64,000 bases of DNA, from assembly GCA_965248195.1 (NCBI GenBank), contig CBDFIQ010000002.1, positions 1,856,001 through 1,920,000 on the forward strand, given 5' to 3'. Of this stretch, positions 30,988 through 39,127 are shown piece after piece. The notes beneath the pieces are model-generated. The model did no database searches. It was given only the letters and a program-made list of their open reading frames with translations, and was not told the DNA's origin. Origin of the DNA: Longimicrobiales bacterium. Lineage in GTDB: Bacteria > Gemmatimonadota > Gemmatimonadetes > Longimicrobiales > Gaopeijiaceae. The first letter of the stretch is position 1. Each line of letters begins with the position of its first letter. The translations under genes and the position numbers were made by a program.

Positions 30988-31294
30988 TAGAAGGCTGTTG
31001 AAGGAGTACAGTGGGCCGCGTTGCGGATGCCACGGCCCCAGCTCCTAGGCGGAGCGACGACGCCATAGCCGTAGCTATGGCTAGGAACTCCAACAACGGA
31101 GATGGGGTCGTGCCACCGCAACCCTTCAAGTTGTAAGGTCATATCATTCATGGTCATGGGCACAGGGCGGTTGTGCGGTTGATCCTGCGTCTCTCCTCCT
31201 CGGAGTAGCTCTGCTACGCCTCGTCGTCGTTCCTTGTCTGAACGCGCACAAGCGCCCTGTGCGCGACTCGCTGTACTCCTTCAACAGCCTTCTA
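30988..31294. mobile_element. Putative MITE (non-autonomous IS derivative, ~307 bp) between nuoB and nuoC
   Basis: Perfect 24-bp terminal inverted repeat TAGAAGGCTGTTGAAGGAGTACAG (30988-31011 and 31271-31294); TTAG/CTAG at the borders; internal hairpins; no credible ORF. Confidence 0.8.
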
Positions 31295-32011
31295 GGGAAG
31301 CAAGTCCTCGGAGCGCTCCGGGCGCGTGGTCTGAGCGAGGGAGGTGAGCTGTTCCTGTTGCGTCGAGTTTCCAAACGGGCCCGCCAGCGCCTCGACCTCT
31401 TCGGCGTCAGCGCGGGGACGCCCTACGAGCGAGGGATCTTCTGCCCTGAGCCCGTAGTGCTCCGACAGGCTCTCATGGCGAATCTTCTCCTGGATCATCA
31501 TCAAGCCGTAGATGAGACCTTCGGGACGTGGCGGGCAACCGGGGACGTAGACATCGACGGGGATGATGGTGTCGATCCCCTGAACCATGGAATAGGTGTC
31601 GAACACCCCGCCTGAGCTCGCACACGCGCCCATCGAGACAGACCACTTGGGCTGCATCATCTGGTCCCAGATCCGCCTCAGGACCGGTGCGAGCTTGTAG
31701 GGAACCCGACCGGCACAAATCAGCACGTCGGCCTGCCGCGGGCTGAACGACATGCGCTCCATTCCGAAACGAGCCAGATCGAAATTCGAAGCGGCCGAAG
31801 CCATCATCTCGATGGCGCAGCACGCGGTACCGAAGGGCATGGGCCAGAGCGAATTTCGCCTAGCCCAATTAACCACGAAATCCACCTTCGTGGTGAGGAA
31901 CGTCGGGCCCCCGAACCCGAGCAGTCCGCCCTTTCGTCCCTCCGCCTGGCCCAGCGCTTCAACGTCCGCGAGGCTCAGCGGATCTCCACCCTCACCGTCG
32001 CTCAATCCCAT
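31292..32011 (-). CDS. nuoB: NADH-quinone oxidoreductase subunit B
   Basis: [35 protein letters not shown]. Confidence 0.95.
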   Translation of the reverse strand: MGLSDGEGGDPLSLADVEALGQAEGRKGGLLGFGGPTFLTTKVDFVVNWARRNSLWPMPFGTACCAIEMMASAASNFDLARFGMERMSFSPRQADVLICAGRVPYKLAPVLRRIWDQMMQPKWSVSMGACASSGGVFDTYSMVQGIDTIIPVDVYVPGCPPRPEGLIYGLMMIQEKIRHESLSEHYGLRAEDPSLVGRPRADAEEVEALAGPFGNSTQQEQLTSLAQTTRPERSEDLLP

Positions 32012-32358
32012 TCGAGACCTCCCTTTTTCCACTCGTAGACCAGCCCCAAGGCCAAAACGGCGACGAAGAGACTGACAGCTACGAACGGACCCCACCCCAA
32101 CTCCCTCATTTCGACCGCCCACGGGATCAGGAAAATCGTCTCCAGATCAAAGACGATGAAACTGATCGCGACCATATAGAATTTGACGGAAAAACGAAGA
32201 CGAGTATCCCCGAGTGGGATCATCCCCGACTCGTACGCCATGGATTTTTGTGGGGTTGGTCGCCGGGGGTTCAGAATATGGGAGGCGATCCCCATTCCAA
32301 GCGCGTTCACGACGGAAACGCCGAACAGGATCAGAAGCGGGATGTATGATCCCGACAT
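32002..32358 (-). CDS. nuoA: NADH-quinone oxidoreductase subunit A
   Basis: [33 protein letters not shown]. Confidence 0.95.
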   Translation of the reverse strand: MSGSYIPLLILFGVSVVNALGMGIASHILNPRRPTPQKSMAYESGMIPLGDTRLRFSVKFYMVAISFIVFDLETIFLIPWAVEMRELGWGPFVAVSLFVAVLALGLVYEWKKGGLEWD

Positions 32359-32377
32359 GGCGGCCTTTGGACCTGGC

Positions 32378-32395
32378 TTGTGAAATCGTTCACTT
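32378..32395. promoter_or_regulatory. Rex-like operator upstream of nuoA
   Basis: TTGTGAAATCGTTCACTT versus the Rex consensus TTGTGAA-N4-TTCACAA (12 of 14 defined positions); 19 bp upstream of the nuoA ATG. Confidence 0.65.
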
Positions 32396-32406
32396 GTGGA
32401 CTGATA

Positions 32407-32436
32407 AAGGTATTCTGAGTCTCGAACGAGTGTCAA
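32407..32436 (-). promoter_or_regulatory. Sigma70-like promoter of the nuo operon
   Basis: TTGACA (32436-32431), 18-nt spacer, TACCTT (32412-32407) on the minus strand. Confidence 0.6.
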
Positions 32437-32603
32437 CCCGATTTCGGCCTCATTTCGCCCCTCGAAAGCCTTAATATACAATCCCCGACGGGACCATCTT
32501 ATCGTCGACGCGCGGAGGGCGCGTCGCGGGGGGTGTGCGGGCCCCTCTCGATCGCTTATTCTCCCGTCGCAGTGACGATTTCCCATCAACTTGACGCAGA
32601 AAT

Positions 32604-33158
32604 ATGCCGATCAAGAGCGACCACTGGATCCGGCGGATGTCCGAAGAGCACGGAATGATCGAGCCCTTCGAGCCGACACAGGTAAAGGACGGGAACATCT
32701 CGTACGGCCTGTCTTCCTACGGCTACGACATCCGGGTGGCTGCCGAGTTCAAGGTCTTTACCAACGTCCATAACGTGATCGTCGATCCTAAGAACTTCGA
32801 CGAGCGTTCGTTCGTGGATGTAAACGAGACGGAATGTATCATCCCGCCCAACTCCTTTGCTCTGGCGAGAACCGAGGAATACTTCCGTATTCCGAGGAAC
32901 GTGCTCGTCGTGTGCGTCGGGAAGAGCACTTACGCCCGATGTGGTATCATCGTGAACGTGACCCCCCTCGAGCCTACCTGGTGTGGATACTTGACCCTCG
33001 AAATTTCGAATACGACGCCCCTGCCGGCGAAGATCTACGGGTGCGAGGGGATCGCTCAACTGCTCTTTTTCGAGGGGGACCAGGAGCCGGCCGTGGCGTA
33101 TGCGGACCGGCAGGGCAAATATCAGGATCAGGTTGGGGTGACGCTTCCGAAGTTGTAA
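32604..33158 (+). CDS. dcd: dCTP deaminase
   Basis: [36 protein letters not shown]. Confidence 0.95.
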   Translation: MPIKSDHWIRRMSEEHGMIEPFEPTQVKDGNISYGLSSYGYDIRVAAEFKVFTNVHNVIVDPKNFDERSFVDVNETECIIPPNSFALARTEEYFRIPRNVLVVCVGKSTYARCGIIVNVTPLEPTWCGYLTLEISNTTPLPAKIYGCEGIAQLLFFEGDQEPAVAYADRQGKYQDQVGVTLPKL

Positions 33159-33241
33159 TGATCGACTCTTCACCGATACTTGGGGGGTTGCCGGGATCCC
33201 GCGTGCCCGGTGTTTGATCGCATCCTACGACTGACTCCTCC

Positions 33242-34360
33242 GTGGACACGAACAACTTCGGGGGGATCGTGACCGAGGCGCTACCTGGAGATCGCAAGTA
33301 CGAGCACACTTGGACCGCCCGGCATTTCTCGCCGCCGTGGTGGTTGGCGAGCCCCCATCTTCAAACACTGGCCGGAAAGTTTCTTAGGGCCGCGCCAGGC
33401 GGGATGCTCACAACCGAACGCTTAGAGACGCCGGACGGAGACTTTTTGGACATCGATTGGATGCCCGAGACCGATCCCGCGGGACCCCTCGTGCTCCTGC
33501 TTCATGGGCTAGAAGGCCATACGAAGAGGGGATATATGGTCCAGACCTATCTGGCGCTGGCGAACCTTGGAATGCGTGCGGTGGGCCTCAACTTCCGCGG
33601 CTGTTCCGGAGAGGCGAACCGGGCCCCCCGCTTCTACCACTCAGGCGAGACCGAGGACGTCGGCTTCGTTGTCGGGCTGCTCCGCGAGCGGTTCCCGACC
33701 CGCCCGCTCATGGCGATGGGCTTCTCTCTAGGAGGAAATGTCCTCCTCAAATTCCTGGGGGAACAGGGGGCGAAGAACGCCGCTCCGGTTTCTGCGGCTG
33801 TGGCGATCTCGGTACCGTACGACTTGTTGGCTGGAGCGATCGCCCTCGAACGGGGCGGCATGGCCAGAATTTATTCGGGCTACTTCCTCCGCTCACTTCT
33901 CGCCAAGGTCCGCGCCAAGCAAGAAATCCTGGCGAACATCCTCGACCTCGACGCCGTGTGGGCCAGCGCGACGCTCCAGCAGTTCGACGACGCCGCCACC
34001 GCCAAGCTTCATGGATTCGCGGGCGCCGAGGATTACTACCGGAAATCCAGCTCAAACCGGTTCGTCCAGTCGGTCCGGACTCCGACGCTGCTCCTTCACT
34101 CCCGGGACGACCCCTTTCTGCCCCCGGCGGCCCTGCCCCTTTCCGTGATCGAGGCGAATCCATTCTTGACCCTGGTCTTTACCCGTCGCGGCGGCCACGT
34201 GGGCTTCTTCGAGGGCGGACCACTTTGGAATCCGGCCTTTTGGATGGAGGAGCAAAGTGCGTCTTTCCTTGCCAACCATCATCAGGGCACCCCAGCAACA
34301 ACCGGCGACGTGCACTCCATCGCGCCCGGATGGGTTGACCCGAACCCCGAGAATATCTAG
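33242..34360 (+). CDS. YheT/ABHD-like alpha/beta hydrolase
   Basis: HLQT, DGDFLD.DW, HGLEG, FRGCSG, GFSLGGN, DDP, GGHVGF. Confidence 0.9.
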   Translation: MDTNNFGGIVTEALPGDRKYEHTWTARHFSPPWWLASPHLQTLAGKFLRAAPGGMLTTERLETPDGDFLDIDWMPETDPAGPLVLLLHGLEGHTKRGYMVQTYLALANLGMRAVGLNFRGCSGEANRAPRFYHSGETEDVGFVVGLLRERFPTRPLMAMGFSLGGNVLLKFLGEQGAKNAAPVSAAVAISVPYDLLAGAIALERGGMARIYSGYFLRSLLAKVRAKQEILANILDLDAVWASATLQQFDDAATAKLHGFAGAEDYYRKSSSNRFVQSVRTPTLLLHSRDDPFLPPAALPLSVIEANPFLTLVFTRRGGHVGFFEGGPLWNPAFWMEEQSASFLANHHQGTPATTGDVHSIAPGWVDPNPENI

Positions 34361-34437
34361 TGTGGCGCCATCCGAAGGACACAACCCGTGCTGGCAAAAC
34401 GTGAGCACGACGCAACAATGGATGAGGGAGTAGTGGC

Positions 34438-34644
34438 ATGGCCGAGGGAACCGTGAAGTGGTTCAACGACAGCAAGGGTTTTGGGTTCATCACGCCGGAC
34501 GAGGGCGAAAAAGATTGTTTCGTGCATTATTCGGCGATCCAGGGGGACGGTTTCAAAAGCCTCGCCGAAGGGGACCGAGTACAGTTTGAAATCGGTGAGG
34601 GACCGAAGGGGCCCGCTGCAGAGAACGTGACCCGACTCGAATAA
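34438..34644 (+). CDS. Cold-shock protein (CspA family)
   Basis: [32 protein letters not shown]. Confidence 0.97.
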   Translation: MAEGTVKWFNDSKGFGFITPDEGEKDCFVHYSAIQGDGFKSLAEGDRVQFEIGEGPKGPAAENVTRLE

Positions 34645-34688
34645 CACGGCTCCCGAGGGCGCCCGTTCGAATTCAATCCGCTGGAGGC

Positions 34689-34709
34689 GCCTCGGCCGAT
34701 GGCCGAGGC
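34689..34709. terminator. Hairpin between convergent genes downstream of the cold-shock gene
   Basis: GCCTCGGCC-GAT-GGCCGAGGC, perfect 9-bp stem; no U-tract. Confidence 0.5.
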
Positions 34710-34736
34710 AACCTTGGCCTTAAGACACCTTGGCCT

Positions 34737-35258
34737 TTAGACTGGGGGCCTGCGCTGCCCCGAGGGCTTGAAGAACACCCTTTGGTGCCAGCTCTCCCGT
34801 GCCGGACACTCCCACCGCCCCGAGCGCGCATCCTTCAGGCGGGTGACGGTATTGTCGAACACCACCGTGTCCGGACCCACCGCCCCCTCCTCCGCCAGGC
34901 GGCCGAACCCAGATCGGGAAATTCGCTGCACCTCTCCATCCGCCACGAACCAAACCGGCGTGTTATCGATGACCCGCACGCCCAAACGGCGCTCCTGATC
35001 TCTCAGCACACCGACCATCGCGTCGATGGAGCACCCTGAGGGAGGCGCGGAAGCTTCGTCGACCGCAACGAGGAGAAAACGTCCCCATCTCCAATCGCGG
35101 CCGCACGTCAGTGGAACCCCGTGCGCCACCCACATCTCGAGAAACAGATCCACGGCGCTCAAGAAGCTCTCCCGCTCGGCTGCTGCCAGGGCGCGCTCGA
35201 CCCCAAACACCCAAAGGCGTGATTCGTCGGGCAGAGCCTCGAACGGAACCATCGGCAT
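34737..35258 (-). CDS. Conserved hypothetical protein
   Basis: 173 aa; SRLWVF, W.AHG, SGCSID, VFDNTV, SWH pattern recalled from a widespread uncharacterised family; coupled to the upstream gene. Confidence 0.75.
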   Translation of the reverse strand: MPMVPFEALPDESRLWVFGVERALAAAERESFLSAVDLFLEMWVAHGVPLTCGRDWRWGRFLLVAVDEASAPPSGCSIDAMVGVLRDQERRLGVRVIDNTPVWFVADGEVQRISRSGFGRLAEEGAVGPDTVVFDNTVTRLKDARSGRWECPARESWHQRVFFKPSGQRRPPV

Positions 35259-36466
35259 CAGACCATCTCCGCGTCGGCCGTGGTGACGTCCGGGGCGGCG
35301 TCCGCACCCCCCGCAGGCTCGGCGACGTCGGGGCCGTCTACGCTGCCACCGGTTGTGGACTCTGAAGGGTTGGTAACGGCGAGGCTCGGCACCATCTGCG
35401 GGGGCGATTTATCCAAGAGTATTGCCACCCAGCGCAGATCCTCGGTGTTCTCCAACATGATCTTGACTACCATCGTGAGGGGAACCGCGAGTAGGGCTCC
35501 CACCGGACCCCAGACCCAGGCCCAGAACAGCAAAGACAGGATCACCACCAGAGTCGATAGCCCCAGCCTCCTGCCCATCAGGTTGGGCTCGATGATATTC
35601 CCAAACACCATGTTGATCGCCCCGTATCCGGCGACCACAAGCATGAAATTGATGAACGTGCCGACCCCAACCAGGCTGAGAAAGAGGGCCGGAACCGCCG
35701 CCAGAATGGACCCGACGGTGGGAATGTAATTCATGACGAATCCGATGAGTCCGAGCAGGACCGGAAAATCCAACCCCAACAACCACGCCAGCGCACCGAT
35801 CAGCAAACCGGTGGCCAGGCTCACCACCGTCTTGATACCGAGATACTCCTGGACCTCCGTGACGATCTTCGTCACACGCCTACGGTCGCTCGTCACCGAC
35901 TTCGTGGCACGCCGCCGCTCGCCTTCGCGAGGCCCCACGATCGCCCGGAACTTGAACGGGAAAACCATGGCCTCACCCAGAATGAACGCCATGATCAGCA
36001 GGACCAGGAACGCGTCGGTGAGGAAGGCCACCACGTCAGCAAGCCTCGTGGCGAAGAAGCCGACCGCAATACCAGGATCGATCAAGTCGAGGAGCCGATA
36101 TTGGTCGAGCTCGATTCCGCTCCACGCACTCAAGCCGACCACCCATGAGTCGTAAAGCGTCTGTACGCGTGTTGTATACCCCGGGAGCTGGTCCTGGAAA
36201 TCGCCCACAGCCTGCGTACCCAGCATGATGAGCGCCCCGAATAGCGCACCGATCACGAGCATCGTGAGCACGATGGCCAGAGGTGCGGGCACACGTCGGA
36301 GTTGGAGCCAAAACATGAGCGGCATGCTCATCACGGCCAGGAACAGGGCCAAGGCGAAGGGAAGAAGGATGCCCGCGCCCTCGCGTAACCCCGCGACGAC
36401 GATGACGAAGGACGCCCCCATGAGAAGGAAGCGGGCTCCAGGGGTGTTGGCTTGCATCGGAATCAT
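35258..36466 (-). CDS. AI-2E family transporter
   Basis: Multi-TM protein; NYIPTVGS, GNIIEP.LMG..LGLS, WGPVGALLAVPLT. Confidence 0.9.
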   Translation of the reverse strand: MIPMQANTPGARFLLMGASFVIVVAGLREGAGILLPFALALFLAVMSMPLMFWLQLRRVPAPLAIVLTMLVIGALFGALIMLGTQAVGDFQDQLPGYTTRVQTLYDSWVVGLSAWSGIELDQYRLLDLIDPGIAVGFFATRLADVVAFLTDAFLVLLIMAFILGEAMVFPFKFRAIVGPREGERRRATKSVTSDRRRVTKIVTEVQEYLGIKTVVSLATGLLIGALAWLLGLDFPVLLGLIGFVMNYIPTVGSILAAVPALFLSLVGVGTFINFMLVVAGYGAINMVFGNIIEPNLMGRRLGLSTLVVILSLLFWAWVWGPVGALLAVPLTMVVKIMLENTEDLRWVAILLDKSPPQMVPSLAVTNPSESTTGGSVDGPDVAEPAGGADAAPDVTTADAEMV

Positions 36467-36599
36467 CTAGCGTGTCGCATCTCCGAGAGTCATGATCGCG
36501 AACGAATAAGAGCCGAATCTTGTCGGCCAGCGCCGCCGTCCACACTACACAACAACTACATAACAAGATAACAAGGCTCGTACTAGCGGAAGCCGTCTG

Positions 36600-36974
36600 A
36601 TGCCTGAACACCGATCTCATTCCGGGGTTCCGATTCCCCATTCCAACTCCGGCCTGCTTGGCCAGTGCCGGGTGGACGTCTTTCGCTCCGGTGGCAAGGG
36701 TGGACAACATCAGAACGTCACCGAGAGCGGTGTCCGCCTCACGCATCTTCCCACCGGGACCGTGGTCACCAGCCGCCGTTTCCGTAGCCAACTTGCCAAC
36801 AAGCGGAAGGCGCTGGTCACCCTTCGCAGGAGACTCGCCGCGCTGAACACACGTAAGAAACGGCGCATCCCCACCCGCCCCACCCGCCGCGCTCGGGAGC
36901 GCCGCTTATCATCTAAACAACGCCACTCTTCGAAGAAGATTCTCCGTCGAAAACCGAAGGTGGACGACGATTAG
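36600..36974 (+). CDS. RF-1 domain peptidyl-tRNA hydrolase (ArfB-like ribosome rescue factor)
   Basis: [25 protein letters not shown], basic C-terminal tail ([15 protein letters not shown]). Confidence 0.85.
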   Translation: MPEHRSHSGVPIPHSNSGLLGQCRVDVFRSGGKGGQHQNVTESGVRLTHLPTGTVVTSRRFRSQLANKRKALVTLRRRLAALNTRKKRRIPTRPTRRARERRLSSKQRHSSKKILRRKPKVDDD

Positions 36975-37048
36975 GCAGTAGGCTTATCATTAACAGTAGC
37001 TTTAGACTCCCCGTTGGTTCGATTGATCCGCACTTCGAGAGGCTTTAA

Positions 37049-38176
37049 TTGAAGGAGAAAATCCGTGCGCTCTTGATCGATGATGATCAAGGGGACTTCG
37101 TCTTTACGAAGGGGCTTCTGAGTCAGATCAAGCGGCCCACCATCGAATTGGATTGGGTCCCCACGTTCGAAGAGGGGTACGATGCCATCGCCCAGGGTGA
37201 GTACGACATCTATCTCGTAGATTATTTCCTCGAGGACCGTACCGGCCTTGATTTACTCCGTGAAGCCGCGCGGCACCAACTTCAGGCGCCAGTGATCATG
37301 CTCACCGGCCGGGGCAGTCATGATGTAGACATCGAGGCGATGCAAGCGGGTGCCGCCGACTATCTCGTCAAGGGCCAGATCGAACCCGAAGACCTCGAAC
37401 GCTCTATACGATATGCGCTTGATCGTATGGAAGCCCAGCGGGCGCTCAGGGTGAGCGAGGAGCGGCATCGAGGGATGTTCGATCACCTTCCCCTGGGCGT
37501 GTATCGGTGTACTCCAGAGGGTGAGTTTTTGGATGCCAACCCAGCCCTGGTCAGGATTCTCGGCTATCCCAACCCGGCAAGCCTCGCAAGCCTATACGCC
37601 TCCACGTTCTACGTCAGCGCCGAGGACGAAGACACGTTCAAGGCTCGGCTCAGAGAATTCGGAATCGTGCGGGGCTTCGAGACAGAATTACGCGACCTGG
37701 ATGGCCGCAAGATCCGCCTTCGTAATACGGCGCGGATTCATCGGGACGCGGATAAGAAGGTGGGCTACGTCGAGGGCGTCATCGAGGAGATCTCGCGTAC
37801 GTCGCGTTCGCTCGGATTATACCAAGAGGCCGCCCGATACAGGGCACTATACGAGTGCGGCCACATCGGCATCCTCACGTTGGACCGCTCGGGAGAAATT
37901 CGAGATGGCAACCCTGCCTTCCGTGCGCTGTCGGGTTACGAGGAGGAGGATCTTTCCTCGGTGGAATATGCCCAACTTTTCGAGGAGGGGAATCGAGGGG
38001 AGGCTTTGGTGAAAATCCGGCAACTCTCGGAAGAGGGCTCCGCGGGTCGGGAAAAACTCCTTACGCTTCAAATGAAGGGCGGATCGACCCGTACCGTGAG
38101 CACCCTGGCCGTTCTCATCAGAGACTGGGACGGGGAGCCGGACCACATCCTCGTGATGTTCGAGGCAGCACCATGA
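37049..38176 (+). CDS. Response regulator, REC-PAS-PAS, no output domain
   Basis: LLIDDD, LVDY, MLTG, DYLVK receiver; two PAS-like segments (DANPALVRILGY, GNPAFRALSGY). Confidence 0.82.
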   Translation: MKEKIRALLIDDDQGDFVFTKGLLSQIKRPTIELDWVPTFEEGYDAIAQGEYDIYLVDYFLEDRTGLDLLREAARHQLQAPVIMLTGRGSHDVDIEAMQAGAADYLVKGQIEPEDLERSIRYALDRMEAQRALRVSEERHRGMFDHLPLGVYRCTPEGEFLDANPALVRILGYPNPASLASLYASTFYVSAEDEDTFKARLREFGIVRGFETELRDLDGRKIRLRNTARIHRDADKKVGYVEGVIEEISRTSRSLGLYQEAARYRALYECGHIGILTLDRSGEIRDGNPAFRALSGYEEEDLSSVEYAQLFEEGNRGEALVKIRQLSEEGSAGREKLLTLQMKGGSTRTVSTLAVLIRDWDGEPDHILVMFEAAP

Positions 38177-38233
38177 TGTTCGAGGCAACGCTGACGGACT
38201 AGATGCCCGGCAGGATTCGGCCCTGGTCGACCG

Positions 38234-39070
38234 TTACGCCAGATGTTCCTCAGCCTGATCCGGCCCGTCGGCGGCTGGATCGTCCTCGGCCCGTGGCTCT
38301 TCCATCACTTCCGTATCACCCTCGCCGGCCTCGCCGGCCTCGCCCATATCGGTATCCCTCGCGGCGGCGGGCCCGGAATCCGGCGCCTCCTCTGCTTGGG
38401 GGATGTCGGCAAGTACCTCCTCGGGCGGGGCGACCCTTCGAGCGTTCGAACCCAGAGCATGACTCAAGCATCGGTCGCTCCAATCCCGCTGACGCTCCCC
38501 ATCGTGCGGCGCTCGCCCTGCCGCCACCCAATCCCTCACCTCATTCGCATCGTCCGTGCGTTCGAGAGCATCCAACGCATCTGCCGCCAGAACCCGGAAA
38601 TCTTCGTCCGGAGCGACTTGGGCCATCATATAGATCTGTTCCCCGGCCAGATCCTGATGGTCACCTTTTTTGGCACTCGCCACATACTCGTTGAGGTGCA
38701 CCACCACGGAGGCCATATGACGGGAAGCGAGGTCGAGCCACGTCAGAGTGCAAAGCGTTCGAACCGCGTCGGGGTGGATGCGCACGATCTTCGTCGCGAG
38801 TCCACGGGCGGGCTCCGACTGCCCGTCCTCGAGCATCGCATCAATGGCGCGGCCGTAGTACTTGAGCGCCCGCGGCCGATCGCCCGCACGATCGCACAGA
38901 TCACCCGCGCGGTTGAGCGGCACCCATCTGAACCCCAATCCCGCCGACTCCGCCTCGTCCTCGAGAGCGTGCAGCATCGCATCGGTGACCGGTGCGCGCC
39001 GATCCCCGGCAGGCTCCTTAGAGCGAAACAAGCCCCAAAGTCGTTTCATCCAAGCCGGTGCAGTATTCAC
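38234..39070 (-). CDS. Hypothetical TPR-like helical protein with an acidic tail
   Basis: LNRAGDL...GD..RAL.YYGRAID TPR-like pattern; protein-like composition. Confidence 0.65.
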   Translation of the reverse strand: MNTAPAWMKRLWGLFRSKEPAGDRRAPVTDAMLHALEDEAESAGLGFRWVPLNRAGDLCDRAGDRPRALKYYGRAIDAMLEDGQSEPARGLATKIVRIHPDAVRTLCTLTWLDLASRHMASVVVHLNEYVASAKKGDHQDLAGEQIYMMAQVAPDEDFRVLAADALDALERTDDANEVRDWVAAGRAPHDGERQRDWSDRCLSHALGSNARRVAPPEEVLADIPQAEEAPDSGPAAARDTDMGEAGEAGEGDTEVMEEPRAEDDPAADGPDQAEEHLA

Positions 39071-39127
39071 AGGGAACGAACCTAGTAATCCACAGCGAGT
39101 GCCGATAGCCGGATGTTCGTGTTGCCG

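Noticed and set aside
36541..36580. A/C-rich low-complexity stretch between the divergent AI-2E and RF-1 domain genes
   Set aside because: No clear repeat unit or recognisable motif; compatible with an ordinary promoter region.
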